Positions 8,691-18,788 are shown, counted from the stretch's first letter. The stretch is 34,039 nt of DNA from a virus (IMGVR_UViG_3300012863_000021:1-34039); one strand, 5' to 3'. Notes: generated by a model not told the origin, from the letters alone. A program made the numbers and translations.

Positions 8691-9206
8691 ATGCCACCGC
8701 GCCGCCGATGGACACCCGAGCACGACGAGCAGCTGCGCACCATGCACGCCGCCGAGATGTCCGTCCGGGACATCGCCCGCAAGCTCGGCTTCGGACACGG
8801 CACCATCGGCCGACACCTGACCGCCCTCGGCCTCGCCGGCGGGAACCGCACCCGCACCGCGGCCGCCACACAGACGAACCGCGCCGACGCCGCTGCCCGC
8901 CGCGCCGCCCTCGCCGTCAACCTCCTCAGCGACGCCGAACGCCTACGCGCCCAGCTGTGGCAGCCGCACACCTACTTCGACTGGGGCGGCAAGGACCACG
9001 ACTTCGCCGAGCACACCGTCCCCGAGCCCACCCCCGCCGACAAGCTCAAGCTCGTGCAGGCCGCGTCCGCGCTCGTCGCCACGATCGAACGGCTGACGAA
9101 GCTCGACGCGGACGCCGGCGTGCACGAGGCCGTCGGGATGCTCGACCAGATCGCCGCCGCGATCAAGGCCGCCGCCGACCGCATGCCCGACCCGGACAAG
9201 CCGTGA
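8691..9206 (+). CDS. Terminase small subunit (N-terminal HTH)
   Basis: MSVRDIARKLGFGHGTIGRHL HTH; directly upstream of and coupled to the large subunit. Confidence 0.8.
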   Translation: MPPRRRWTPEHDEQLRTMHAAEMSVRDIARKLGFGHGTIGRHLTALGLAGGNRTRTAAATQTNRADAAARRAALAVNLLSDAERLRAQLWQPHTYFDWGGKDHDFAEHTVPEPTPADKLKLVQAASALVATIERLTKLDADAGVHEAVGMLDQIAAAIKAAADRMPDPDKP

Positions 9207-10531
9207 GCGTCGCCGTCACGGCGCTCGCCGCCGTCACCACCGCCGTGCTCGCCGGCCTGTCCCCCCGGCAGGTCTGGTCCATCGCCCGCTGCACCGCCCG
9301 CGTCAACCTCTGGACCGGATCCATCCGGTCCGGGAAGACCATCGCGTCGCTGCTCGCCTGGCTCATCTACGTCGCGCACGCCCCCGCCGGCGGGGCGCTC
9401 GTCGTCGTCGGCCGCACCCGCGAATCCATCGCCCGCAACGTCTTCGGCCCACTACAGGACGCCTCCCTGTACGGGGCGCTCGCCCGGCACGTGCAGTACA
9501 CCGCCGGCGCACCCACCGCCACGATCCTCGGCCGCACCGTGCACGTCCTGGGCGCATCCGACGCCCGCGCCGAGATGGTCCTACGCGGCCTGACCGTCGC
9601 CGGCGCGTACGTCGACGAAGCCACCCTCGTGTCCGAGGCGTTCTGGACGCAGCTGCTCGGGCGCATGTCCGTACCCGGGGCGCGCCTGTTCGCCACCACC
9701 AACCCCGACGGGCCCGCGCACTGGCTCAAGCGGCAGGTCATCGACCGCGCCGACGAGCTCGGGTACCGGATCTTCAGGTTCCGCCTCGCCGACAACACGC
9801 ACCTCGACCCCGCGTACGTCGCGCAGATCACCCGCGAGTACGTCGGCCTGTGGTACCGGCGGTTCATCCTCGGCGAGTGGGTGCAAGCCGCCGGCGCGAT
9901 CTACGACACGTGGGACCCCGCCCGGCACGTCGCACCCGTCAACACGCTCCCGACCATGGACCGGGTCCTCGCCGTCGGCGTCGACTACGGCGACACCCAC
10001 CACACCCGCGGGTACCTCCTCGGCCTCGGTCCCGACCTGCGCGACGGACACGCCGGCGAGCACCGGCTGTACGTCCTCGCCGAGTGGGCACCCTCACAGG
10101 CCACCATGGGTGAGCAGTCCACATCCCTGCAGGCGTGGCTGCGTGCACAGCCCGTCGACGCGTGGCGCACCCCCGAGTGGGTAGCCGTCGACTCCGCCGC
10201 CGCGTCGTTCCGCCACCAGCTGCACCACGACGGCGTACCCGGTGTCCGCAACGCCCACAAGGCCGTCCTGCCGGGCATCCGCACCGTCGCCGGGCTCCTG
10301 GCCACCGACCGGCTCGTCGTCGCCGACACGTGCCGGCACCTCATCGACCGTCTGCCCGGGTACGTGTGGGACGACAAGGCCACCGCCCGCGGGCAGGACG
10401 CCCCGGTGAAGGCCGACGACGACGAGGTCGACGCCCTGCGGTACGCGATCTACACGACCCGCCTGGACTGGCGCGACCTGGTGCCCCTGGCGGCCGCCGA
10501 CGTGACCGCACCCGGCGACGACACAGACTGA
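9203..10531 (+). CDS. terL: Terminase large subunit (PBSX-like)
   Basis: Walker A GSIRSGKT, Walker B AYVDE, TTNP motif, nuclease motifs VGVDYG and DDDEVDALRY. Confidence 0.95.
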   Translation: MSVAVTALAAVTTAVLAGLSPRQVWSIARCTARVNLWTGSIRSGKTIASLLAWLIYVAHAPAGGALVVVGRTRESIARNVFGPLQDASLYGALARHVQYTAGAPTATILGRTVHVLGASDARAEMVLRGLTVAGAYVDEATLVSEAFWTQLLGRMSVPGARLFATTNPDGPAHWLKRQVIDRADELGYRIFRFRLADNTHLDPAYVAQITREYVGLWYRRFILGEWVQAAGAIYDTWDPARHVAPVNTLPTMDRVLAVGVDYGDTHHTRGYLLGLGPDLRDGHAGEHRLYVLAEWAPSQATMGEQSTSLQAWLRAQPVDAWRTPEWVAVDSAAASFRHQLHHDGVPGVRNAHKAVLPGIRTVAGLLATDRLVVADTCRHLIDRLPGYVWDDKATARGQDAPVKADDDEVDALRYAIYTTRLDWRDLVPLAAADVTAPGDDTD

Positions 10532-10542
10532 GGAGGGCCGCC

Positions 10543-10737
10543 GTGAAGGTCACGATCCACCTCGACGACGGCTCACGCATTACCGTCCGCCGCATGGACG
10601 GCGTCCTCGAGCTGCTCGAGCAGTGGCGGGACGGTGACGCACCCGTGCTGTCCGTGTCGCTCGACGACGTCGCCGTGACCCACGTCGCCCGTGCGCACAT
10701 CGTGCGCATCGACGTCGACGAGCCCGAGGACGCCTGA
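10543..10737 (+). CDS. Hypothetical protein (64 aa)
   Basis: GAGGAGG RBS; TGATG coupling to the portal gene. Confidence 0.75.
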   Translation: MKVTIHLDDGSRITVRRMDGVLELLEQWRDGDAPVLSVSLDDVAVTHVARAHIVRIDVDEPEDA

Positions 10738-12275
10738 TGCCGCTGCCCACGACCTCCGTCACCTGGCCACCCAAGCAGCTCGAGCAGGTCACCCCCGTCC
10801 TCGGCGAATGGTCCGCGTGGTGGACCGGCGACCCCCACGCCCTAGCCGGCGTGTACCGCGGCCGCTACGACGCCCCCGCCGTGCGGCCCTCGCAGCGGCG
10901 CGGCGGCGTCGTCGGCGCCCTGTCCCGGTTCTGGTGGGGGCGGCCCGTCACCAGCCCGGGGCAGCAGCATGACCAGACGCACGTACCCCTCGCCGCGGAC
11001 ATCGCCCGCACCAGCGCGGACCTGCTGTTCTCCGAGCCGCCCGACCTCGTCGTCGACGACAAGCCCACCCAGGCCCGCCTCGAGGAAGTCCTGTCCGACC
11101 ACCTGTTCGCGACGCTGACCGGCGCCGCCGAGCAGGCCGCCGCGCTCGGGGGCGCGTACCTGCGGGTCACGTGGGACGCCACCATCTCCGACGCCGCGTT
11201 CATCGTCGCGGTCCCCGCCGACGAGGCGTGGCCCGAGTTCGCGTGGGGGCGGCTGCGCGCCGTGACGTTCTGGCACGTCGTCGCCGAGGACAACACCACC
11301 GTGTGGCGGCACCTCGAGCGGCACGAGCTCGCACCCGACGGCGTCACCGGCCTCGTGCAGCACGGCCTGTACCAGGGCACCGGCACCGACCTCGGACGGC
11401 CCGTCCCCCTGCAGGACCAGCCCGCGACGGCGCCGCTCGCCGCCGCCGTCGACGCCAACGGGTACGTCATCGCCGGGCGCACCCCCGGCCTGGCCGTCGT
11501 GTACGTCCCCAACTGCGACACCACCACCGCCAAGGCGTGGCGTGCGGTCCCCGCCGCACGCGGGTGGGGTGCGTCCGACTTCGACGGCATCGAACCGCTG
11601 CTGGACAACCTCGACGAGATCCACGGGTCCTGGATGCGTGACCTGCGCCTGGCGAAGGCGCGCATCCTCGTCGCCCGGTACATGCTCGACGACAACGGGC
11701 CCGGCTCCGGCGCGTCGTTCAACCTCGACGCCGAGGTGTACGCGCCGCTGAAGATGGAGCTCGAGGAGTCGGGGAACGCGCCGATCACCCCCCAGCAGTT
11801 CGACATCCGGTTCGAGGAGCACCGCGGCACCGCACGGGAGTGGACCGAGCGCATCATCCGTTCCGCCGGGTACTCCCTGCAGACGTTCGGGGACTGGGAT
11901 TCGGCGCAGATGACCGCGACCGAGGTGCAGTCCCGTGACAACCGGTCCCTCATGACGAGGGGCCGCAAGCTGCGGGCGTGGCGCCCGGCGTTGACCGCGC
12001 TCGTCACGAAGCTCCTGGCCGTCGACGCCGACGTGTTCGGCCGGCCGGGCAACCCCGAGGGCTTGCAGGTGCGGTTCCCGGACGGGATCTGGGAGACGCC
12101 GCTGCAGCTCGCGCAGACCGCGCAGGCGATGCGTGCCGCCGAGGCCGCGTCGACGCGCACCCTCGTCGCGCTGCTGCACCCCGAGTGGGACGAGATCGAC
12201 GTCGACGACGAGACGACGCGGATCCTCGGCGAGCGGGGCGCGCCCGTGCGTGACCCGTTCGCCGTGACGGAGTAG
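10737..12275 (+). CDS. Portal protein (A118/SPP1-like)
   Basis: 512 aa after terL; HVPLAADIARTSADLLFSEPP and TATEV motifs. Confidence 0.9.
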   Translation: MPLPTTSVTWPPKQLEQVTPVLGEWSAWWTGDPHALAGVYRGRYDAPAVRPSQRRGGVVGALSRFWWGRPVTSPGQQHDQTHVPLAADIARTSADLLFSEPPDLVVDDKPTQARLEEVLSDHLFATLTGAAEQAAALGGAYLRVTWDATISDAAFIVAVPADEAWPEFAWGRLRAVTFWHVVAEDNTTVWRHLERHELAPDGVTGLVQHGLYQGTGTDLGRPVPLQDQPATAPLAAAVDANGYVIAGRTPGLAVVYVPNCDTTTAKAWRAVPAARGWGASDFDGIEPLLDNLDEIHGSWMRDLRLAKARILVARYMLDDNGPGSGASFNLDAEVYAPLKMELEESGNAPITPQQFDIRFEEHRGTAREWTERIIRSAGYSLQTFGDWDSAQMTATEVQSRDNRSLMTRGRKLRAWRPALTALVTKLLAVDADVFGRPGNPEGLQVRFPDGIWETPLQLAQTAQAMRAAEAASTRTLVALLHPEWDEIDVDDETTRILGERGAPVRDPFAVTE

Positions 12276-12279
12276 GCCC

Positions 12280-13419
12280 GTGCCGCGGGTCGTCCTGGAC
12301 GACCGGGACGCGCTCGACGAGGCAGCCGCCGCCCTGGCGGGGATGTTCGCCGACGCCGAGCTGTCCCTGCAGCGGGCGCTCGCGGTGCAGGTTCGTGCCG
12401 GGCTCGAGCAGGACCCGGATGACGTCCTGCGGCACCTGCGGCTCGCGCAGCTGCGCGACGACGCCCGTGCGGTCGTCGACCGGTTACTGACCGCGACACC
12501 GGGCGAGGTGGCCGCGGTGCTCGCCGCAGCGTCGCAGGGTGGTGCGGCGGCGGCACTGGCCGAGCTGTCCGTGCTCGCCGGCGTGCGTGACCTGGCGGCG
12601 GTGACCGCCGCCGCGTCGGGGTCGTTCGCCGCGCAGGCGCTCACGTTGGACCTGGTGTCGTCGCTCGACGACGTAACGCGGCGGATCTTGCGGTGGCCGG
12701 ACGACGTGTACCGGCAGGCTGTCGCCGGCCCGACGTCGCGGCTGCTGCTCGGGCTCGGGCAGACGACGCGCACGGCGCGGGCCGCGGCGTGGCAGTCGCT
12801 GATCGCCCGTGGGGTGACGTCGTTCACGGACCGGGCGCAGCGGCGGTGGAGCCTCGCGACGTACGTCGAGATGGCCACGCGCACCGCCGCCCGGCGGGCG
12901 TGGGGTGCGCAGCACGAGCAGACGATGCTGGACGCCGGCATGGACCTGGTGTCCGTCGTCGTCGGGTCGGACGCGTGCCAGCGGTGCGCGGCGTGGGCCG
13001 GGAAGATCCTGCGGCTGACGCCGGGGCCGGTCGGGCGCGTGCGTGTCCCGCGGGCCGACGGTCGAGGCGACGTCGTCGTGCACGTCGCGGGGACGCTCGA
13101 GCAGGCTCGTGACGCCGGCTGGGGTCACCCGAACGACCGGTGCCGTCAGGTGGCGTACCTTCCGGGCCTGTCCGTCGTCGAGGACGCCACCACATACGAC
13201 CCGGACGCCGAGGCCGCCAGGGAGCGCCTGCGGGCGCTCGAGCGCGAGGTCCGCAAGGCGAAGATCGACGAGGCGGCGGCGGTCACACCCGAGCAAGATC
13301 GCCGGGCGCGCCGACATCGCCTCGACCTGCAGGCGCGGATCCGTGGGCACGTCGAGGACACGGGGCTGAACCGTAAGCGGTACCGCGAGCAGGTCTCGCT
13401 CGGGCACCGAATGCGGTGA
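12280..13419 (+). CDS. Minor capsid protein (capsid maturation/MuF-like)
   Basis: WSLATYVEMATRT, CxxC and HPN-x-R motifs; position after the portal. Confidence 0.85.
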   Translation: MPRVVLDDRDALDEAAAALAGMFADAELSLQRALAVQVRAGLEQDPDDVLRHLRLAQLRDDARAVVDRLLTATPGEVAAVLAAASQGGAAAALAELSVLAGVRDLAAVTAAASGSFAAQALTLDLVSSLDDVTRRILRWPDDVYRQAVAGPTSRLLLGLGQTTRTARAAAWQSLIARGVTSFTDRAQRRWSLATYVEMATRTAARRAWGAQHEQTMLDAGMDLVSVVVGSDACQRCAAWAGKILRLTPGPVGRVRVPRADGRGDVVVHVAGTLEQARDAGWGHPNDRCRQVAYLPGLSVVEDATTYDPDAEAARERLRALEREVRKAKIDEAAAVTPEQDRRARRHRLDLQARIRGHVEDTGLNRKRYREQVSLGHRMR

Positions 13420-13423
13420 GCCG

Positions 13424-13621
13424 CTACTCGTCGTCGGTGGAAGCGGAGACCCAGAATCCTGCGGCGTACACCGCCAGGGTGGAGTTCGCCTCCCCTGTGA
13501 AGTCGCGGACGACGAACAACGTCCCGTCCCTCACCGCCAGTCCCGCGGCCGACGCGTGCTCGATGACGCCACCCTTTGCGCCTGCGCGCGTCTCGTTCTG
13601 GACGAAGACCTTCACGCCCAC
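13424..13621 (-). CDS. Small antisense moron protein (about 65 aa, beta-rich)
   Basis: GAGAGG RBS before the GTG at 13621. Protein-like sequence VKVFVQ...LAVYAAGFWVSA. Fills the gap between head genes. Confidence 0.55.
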   Translation of the reverse strand: MGVKVFVQNETRAGAKGGVIEHASAAGLAVRDGTLFVVRDFTGEANSTLAVYAAGFWVSASTDDE

Positions 13622-13725
13622 GGGATACCACCTCTCATCTGTCGCGGACCCGGCGTCCGCGTCATGCCCCGCACCGTACGTGCGGGCACCCACACCCCGA
13701 CACCCCCGACCCAGGAGGTCACCCC

Positions 13726-14439
13726 ATGCGTCGCCGCCTCATCTCCCCGCGCCTGCGCTTCCGCTCCGCCGACCCCGGCGCCGCAACACCCGGCACCGTC
13801 ACGGCCGCACCCGTCGCCGACGCGACGGCCGACCCCGGCGCGCCGACGACGCCCTCGCCCACGCAGGAGGCTCCGCCCGCCGCCCAGCAGCAGGCGCCCG
13901 CCGCCCAGCCCGGCGACGGACTGCCCGACGACCCCGCCGTGCTCAAGTCCCTCATCGTCGACCTGCGCCGCGAGAACGCCGCGTCGCGCACCAACGCGAA
14001 GACGCAAGCCGCCGAGGAGGCGCGCAACGCCCTCGCGCAGGACATCGGCAAGGCCCTCGGCCTCGTGCAGGACGAGAACGCCACCCCGAAGCCTGAGGAG
14101 CTCACCGCGCAGGTCCAGGCCGCACAGGCCGCCGCGCGCGAGTCCGCCGTCCAGCTCGCCGTGTACCGCACCGCGAGCACCCACCAGGGCGACCCGAACG
14201 CCCTGCTCGACTCCCGGGCCTTCCTGGCGAAGGTCACGGACCTGGACCCCGCAGCCGCGGACTTCCAGGCCCAGGTCGACGCCGCGGTCAAGGCCGCGGT
14301 CGCCGACAACCCGAAGCTCAAGGCCGCCCCGGTGGCGACCGCGAGCAGCGTCGACCACGCCGGCGGGACCGGCGACAGCACGCGCCGCACCCCCAAGTCG
14401 CTCACCGACGCCGTCGCGACCCGCCTCGGCACGTCCTGA
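13726..14439 (+). CDS. Capsid scaffolding protein
   Basis: AGGAGG RBS; Pro/Ala-rich N-terminus; LRRENAASR coiled coil; upstream of the major capsid gene. Confidence 0.85.
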   Translation: MRRRLISPRLRFRSADPGAATPGTVTAAPVADATADPGAPTTPSPTQEAPPAAQQQAPAAQPGDGLPDDPAVLKSLIVDLRRENAASRTNAKTQAAEEARNALAQDIGKALGLVQDENATPKPEELTAQVQAAQAAARESAVQLAVYRTASTHQGDPNALLDSRAFLAKVTDLDPAAADFQAQVDAAVKAAVADNPKLKAAPVATASSVDHAGGTGDSTRRTPKSLTDAVATRLGTS

Positions 14440-14455
14440 CCCCACAGGAGCAGTC

Positions 14456-15406
14456 ATGCCCGTCACCCTCGCCCAGGCCCAGCAGAACGCGGTCGACGAC
14501 GTCGACCTGGCCGTCATCGACGAGTTCCGCACCAACGAGATCCTCGACCTGCTGACGTTCGACGACGTCGTGTCGCCGGTCGGCGGCGGCGGGACCCTCA
14601 CGTACGCCTACCGGCGTCTCGCCGAGCTCGGCACCGCGTCGTTCCGTGCGATCAACGCGGAGTACGCACCGACCGAGGTCAGCACCACGCGGCACAGCGT
14701 GGACCTCAAGCCCCTCGGCGGGGCGTTCCAGCTCGACCGTGTGCTGTCCCGGGTCGGCCCGGCCGCCACGGGCGAGGTCGCGCTGCAGCTGTCCCAGAAG
14801 ATCCGCGCCTCGCAGGCCGAGTTCGGCAACGCCGTCATCAACGGGGACTCCTCGCTCGACGCGGACTCCTTCGACGGCCTGTCGAAGGCCCTCGCGGGGT
14901 CGTCCACCGAGGTCACCACGGCGATCAACTGGACCGGGGTCGTCGACGAGGCGAAGGCGTTCCAGATCCTCGAGGACATCGACAACCTCGTCGACCTCGT
15001 CGACGGCGGCGTCGACGCCCTCATCGGCAACCGGCGCGTCCTGGCGAAGATCGCGTCCGCGGCCCGCCGGGCGAACATGTACGTCGAGCAGGTCGGTCCG
15101 CGTGACGCGCGGATCCGGTCGTACGGCGGCATCCGCCTCGTCGACGCCGGCCGTCGCGCCGGCGCGAACGGTGAGGTCATCCCGGTCGACGGTGGCGGCG
15201 TCTCCGCGCTGTACGCGGTGCGGTTCGGCCTGGACGCGTTTCACGGCGTGTCGATGGCCGGTGCACCGCTGGTGCAGACGTGGCTGCCGGACTTCAGGTC
15301 GGCGGGTGCCGTCAAGACCGGTGAGGTCGAGATGGGTCCGGTGGCTGTCGCGCTCAAGCGCACCAAGTCCGCCGCGGTCCTGCGGAACGTCGACATCGTC
15401 GCCTGA
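14456..15406 (+). CDS. Major capsid protein
   Basis: AGGAG RBS; 316 aa; FRAINAEY, GGAFQLDRV and VKTGEVEMGPVA motifs; synteny. Confidence 0.9.
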   Translation: MPVTLAQAQQNAVDDVDLAVIDEFRTNEILDLLTFDDVVSPVGGGGTLTYAYRRLAELGTASFRAINAEYAPTEVSTTRHSVDLKPLGGAFQLDRVLSRVGPAATGEVALQLSQKIRASQAEFGNAVINGDSSLDADSFDGLSKALAGSSTEVTTAINWTGVVDEAKAFQILEDIDNLVDLVDGGVDALIGNRRVLAKIASAARRANMYVEQVGPRDARIRSYGGIRLVDAGRRAGANGEVIPVDGGGVSALYAVRFGLDAFHGVSMAGAPLVQTWLPDFRSAGAVKTGEVEMGPVAVALKRTKSAAVLRNVDIVA

Positions 15407-15412
15407 CCTGCA

Positions 15413-15443
15413 GCCCCGCCGCCCCTCACCGGGGCGGCGAGGC
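15413..15443 (+). terminator. GC-rich stem-loop after the major capsid gene
   Basis: CGCCGCCCC 15417-15425 pairs with GGGGCGGCG 15431-15439. Confidence 0.5.
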
Positions 15444-15478
15444 GCGGGTCGGGGTGCAACGTCTCCGAGGAGGAGCCC

Positions 15479-15823
15479 ATGAGCATCACGATCACGAGCC
15501 CGATCGACGGGTACCAGGGCAGGAGCACGTTCGGTCCTGTCACCGTGGACTTCGTCGACGGTGTCGCCGAGGTGGACACCCTGTCCGACGGCCTGCGGGC
15601 CTACCTGACGGGTCACGGGTACGGCGTCGGTGAGGCCGTCGAGGTCCCCGAGGGTGTCCCGGTCGAGAAGTGGACGCACGCCCAGCTCGACGCGTACGCG
15701 GCGGAGCTGGGCCGTGAGCCGTTCAAGTCGAACACGTCGAAGGCGGACAAGGTCGCCGCGCTCGTCCCGCCGTCCGGCGACGACACCCCGCCGTCCGGCG
15801 ACGACACGAACCCGGAGGGCTGA
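15479..15823 (+). CDS. Hypothetical head-region protein
   Basis: GAGGAGGAG RBS; C-terminal PPSGDDT duplication. Confidence 0.8.
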   Translation: MSITITSPIDGYQGRSTFGPVTVDFVDGVAEVDTLSDGLRAYLTGHGYGVGEAVEVPEGVPVEKWTHAQLDAYAAELGREPFKSNTSKADKVAALVPPSGDDTPPSGDDTNPEG

Positions 15824-15826
15824 CCC

Positions 15827-16360
15827 ATGGTGCTGGACCCCCGCACGATCCCCGCGACCACCCAGGTCGGCACGAAGCTGCGTGACGCGGCCGTCAACCC
15901 CACCGAGGACGACTTCCTCCCGCCGGTCAACGCCGGCGTCGAGGGCGAGCTCGGCAACCCGCACGGACCGAGCGTCGTCTCCCCGGAGATCCACGCCTCG
16001 CAGGGCGTGCGGCCCGTGCGCCCCGGCGACGTGGACGACGACCCCGCCGGACAGTCGGCCGACGAGACCGGGCACACGCTCGTCTGGCAGCCGCAGACCG
16101 ACCCCGTCGAGGGTCTGACGATCGACGGCGACACCACCGTCGCCGTCGAGGACACGATCGAGCTCACGGCGACGGCCGACCGGACCAACTCCGGTGAGGT
16201 CGACGTCACCGAGGCCGCCGAGTGGTCCTCGTCCGACGACACCAAGGCCACCGTCACCTCCGGTGGCCTCGTGGCCGGTGTCGCAGCGGGCACGGCCACG
16301 ATCACCGCGCAGTACGGCGGGAAGTCCGACACGCACGCGGTGACCGTCACCGCGGAGTGA
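15827..16360 (+). CDS. Ig-like (Big_2) domain virion protein
   Basis: WSSSDDTKATVTSGGLVAGVAAGTATITA is the Big_2 signature. Confidence 0.85.
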   Translation: MVLDPRTIPATTQVGTKLRDAAVNPTEDDFLPPVNAGVEGELGNPHGPSVVSPEIHASQGVRPVRPGDVDDDPAGQSADETGHTLVWQPQTDPVEGLTIDGDTTVAVEDTIELTATADRTNSGEVDVTEAAEWSSSDDTKATVTSGGLVAGVAAGTATITAQYGGKSDTHAVTVTAE

Positions 16361-16365
16361 TGACC

Positions 16366-16403
16366 TCGGCGGCGGGCCCTGACGCTCCCGGGCCCGCCGC
16401 CGA
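16366..16403 (+). terminator. 14-bp stem-loop
   Basis: TCGGCGGCGGGCCC 16366-16379 pairs with GGGCCCGCCGCCGA 16390-16403. Confidence 0.6.
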
Positions 16404-16442
16404 ACCACCCCACCCCTCGTCCCCCGCTGGGAGGTGCTCGTC

Positions 16443-16883
16443 GTGCTCGTGTACGCCACCGTCGCTGACCTGCTCGACGAGCCCTGGGGCATCACCTCGC
16501 CGCCGGCGCACGCCGGTCGTCTGCTCGCGTACGCGTCCCGGCTCGTGCGCCGCGCCACCATGACCGCCGTGTACGCCGTCGACGACGGCGGCGCGCCGAC
16601 CAGCTCGGGCGTCGCTGCGGCGTTCCGGGACGCGACGTGCTCGCAGGTCGTCGCGTGGCTGACCGCGGGCATCGACCCGGCAGGCGGTGCCGTGCAGCTC
16701 GAGGCGGCACCGGTGCGTGCCAAGCGTCTGGGGTCCGGCGCCGTCGAGTACGACACCGCCGCGTCCGCGTCCGTCACGGCGATGACCGCACGCGCCGCTG
16801 CGGCGACGACGCTCGCCGGTGACGCGTACCTCATCCTGGCTGACGCCGGGCTGACGTCGACCCGCCCCGGGGCGACCCGGTGA
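16443..16883 (+). CDS. Head-to-tail adaptor
   Basis: YATVADL N-terminus, ATCSQV motif, synteny; start at 16434 or 16443. Confidence 0.8.
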   Translation: MLVYATVADLLDEPWGITSPPAHAGRLLAYASRLVRRATMTAVYAVDDGGAPTSSGVAAAFRDATCSQVVAWLTAGIDPAGGAVQLEAAPVRAKRLGSGAVEYDTAASASVTAMTARAAAATTLAGDAYLILADAGLTSTRPGATR

Positions 16884-17215
16884 GCGACCTCGACGATTTC
16901 ATGGTGCACACCGTCACCGTGCGCACGCTGCTCGGCGCCGGCGGCATGGGCCAGACGTGGGCCACCCCGGTCGTGCTGTCCCCGCCGAGCGGGGTGTTCG
17001 TCGACGACAAGCGGCGTCTCGTGCGCGGACCCGACGCCGTCGAGGTCGTGTCCGAGACCACCGTGTACGACGTCGACTCCACGCACGCCGACCTGTGGGC
17101 ACCCGGCTCCCGGGTCGACCTGCCGTCGGGGCGCACCGCCACCGTCATCGTCGCCGCTGTGCGCACTTCCGGCGTCCTCGAGCTGCCTGACCACGTGGAG
17201 GTGGCGCTGACGTGA
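16880..17215 (+). CDS. Head-to-tail stopper
   Basis: Coupled gene; size and synteny. Confidence 0.75.
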   Translation: MSDLDDFMVHTVTVRTLLGAGGMGQTWATPVVLSPPSGVFVDDKRRLVRGPDAVEVVSETTVYDVDSTHADLWAPGSRVDLPSGRTATVIVAAVRTSGVLELPDHVEVALT

Positions 17216-17571
17216 GCGACGACGTCAAGGTCACCTGGGACGGGCTGCGCGCCAAGGTCGCCGCGCGTGCCGGCGCGGCACGCGGCGTCACCATGGCCGC
17301 GCAACGAGTCCAGGCCGTCACGGTCCCGCGCACGCCGATGGACGTCGGTGACCTGCGCTCGTCGATCGTCGTCGTGCCGGCCGAGGCGGACCTCAACCCG
17401 ACCGCGGAGGTCGGCTCGGACCTGCCGTACGCGGCCCGGCAGCACGAGGCCCTGCACTACCGGCACCGGCACGGGCGGGCGAAGTTCCTCGAGTCCGCGC
17501 TGCGTGACAGCGAGGACGACGTGCAGCGCATCGTGGCCGAGCAGGTCCGCCGCTCCCTCGAGGGCCCGTGA
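17212..17571 (+). CDS. HK97 gp10-like neck/tail completion protein
   Basis: TPMDVGDLRSS, PYAARQHE and AKFLE motifs. Confidence 0.8.
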   Translation: MSDDVKVTWDGLRAKVAARAGAARGVTMAAQRVQAVTVPRTPMDVGDLRSSIVVVPAEADLNPTAEVGSDLPYAARQHEALHYRHRHGRAKFLESALRDSEDDVQRIVAEQVRRSLEGP

Positions 17572-17993
17572 TGGACGACGCCGCTCTCACCGTGACGTTG
17601 TGCACGTGGCTCGCGACCGCCGACGTCGGCGTGTGGCGGCCCGCCGGCCCGTCGTACACGACAGCAGAGGTCGGGGTCTTCTACGGCGCCCTCGGTGCGA
17701 CACCGGACCGTGCGGTCGGCGTCAGCGTGTACGGCACCGACGACGACGTCGCCCTCGGCACCGCGACCCGGTGGGTGCAGGTCCGGTACCGCGGCGCGCC
17801 GGGCACCCCTGACGGTGCCGACACCCTGGCCACTGCAGGTTTCCGCGCCCTGCACGGCGTGCACCACCGCGACGGCGTCGCACGCGCCCGCAGGGTCTCG
17901 TCGGCGCACCTCGGCGCGGACGACAACGGCCGCCAGGAGCGGACCGACAACTACGAGATCACCCTCTCCCCCGCCCCTGGAGGCACACCATGA
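17568..17993 (+). CDS. Tail terminator
   Basis: VQVRYRG and LGADDNGRQERTDNY motifs; directly upstream of the major tail gene. Confidence 0.8.
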   Translation: MMDDAALTVTLCTWLATADVGVWRPAGPSYTTAEVGVFYGALGATPDRAVGVSVYGTDDDVALGTATRWVQVRYRGAPGTPDGADTLATAGFRALHGVHHRDGVARARRVSSAHLGADDNGRQERTDNYEITLSPAPGGTP

Positions 17994-18742
17994 GCGTCAC
18001 CACCGAGCTCGGCTTCTCCTACGAGTACGCCGTCGACATCAACCTCGGCACCACGGCGGAGCCCGACTGGCGGTTCATCCGCTTCTCGTCGGCGATCGAC
18101 CCGCAGGTGACGTCGGTCACCCAGGACGGTGCGACGTACGACGACGACGGCGCCCCGCACCCGATCAAGACGTCGGAGTCCTGGACGCTGGGGCTCACGG
18201 TGCAGCTGCACCGGCAGGCCGACGGTACGTTCCTGCCCGAGGTCGAGAAGCTGCTCGCACTGGCCGGCCCCGAGGCCGTCGGCAACGCGGCCACCGGTCA
18301 CTTCCGCTGGTACGACGACCCGACCGGTTGGGAGCCCAACCCCGACGAGGCGTACGAGGGTCGCGGCACGGTCGCGGTCACCCGGCAGAACACCGGCAAC
18401 GACCAGATCGCGGGCCTCACGGTCACGGTCACCGGCCAGGGTCGACGCACCCGCATCTCCAACCCGTCGACCGCCACCTCGGGCGCCACCCCGGCGCTGG
18501 TGTCCGCGCTGCCGTCCGGTGCCGCCGCGTCCGCGCAGATCACCATCACCGGGTCCGGTTTCACGGGCGTCACAGGTGCGGCAGGCGTGAAGGTCGGCGC
18601 GACCAACGCGACGTCCTACGTCGTGGTCAGCGGCACGAAGATCGTCGCCGTCGTCCCCGCGGGCACGGCCGGCAGCGCGCCGATCACGGTCACGCACCCC
18701 ACGAACGGCGCGAGCGCGCCGCTGGCGTACACGCGCGCCTGA
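17990..18742 (+). CDS. Major tail protein with C-terminal IPT/TIG Ig-like domain
   Basis: Tail-tube N-terminus (FRWYD); ITITGSGFTG...SYVVVSGTKIVAVVP IPT motif. Confidence 0.85.
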   Translation: MSVTTELGFSYEYAVDINLGTTAEPDWRFIRFSSAIDPQVTSVTQDGATYDDDGAPHPIKTSESWTLGLTVQLHRQADGTFLPEVEKLLALAGPEAVGNAATGHFRWYDDPTGWEPNPDEAYEGRGTVAVTRQNTGNDQIAGLTVTVTGQGRRTRISNPSTATSGATPALVSALPSGAAASAQITITGSGFTGVTGAAGVKVGATNATSYVVVSGTKIVAVVPAGTAGSAPITVTHPTNGASAPLAYTRA

Positions 18743-18751
18743 CCCCACGAC

Positions 18752-18788
18752 GCGAGGGCGGGTGGTTGTCGGGGCCGCCCGCCCTCGC
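18752..18788 (+). terminator. Stem-loop after the major tail gene
   Basis: GCGAGGGCGGG pairs with CCCGCCCTCGC. Confidence 0.55.
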
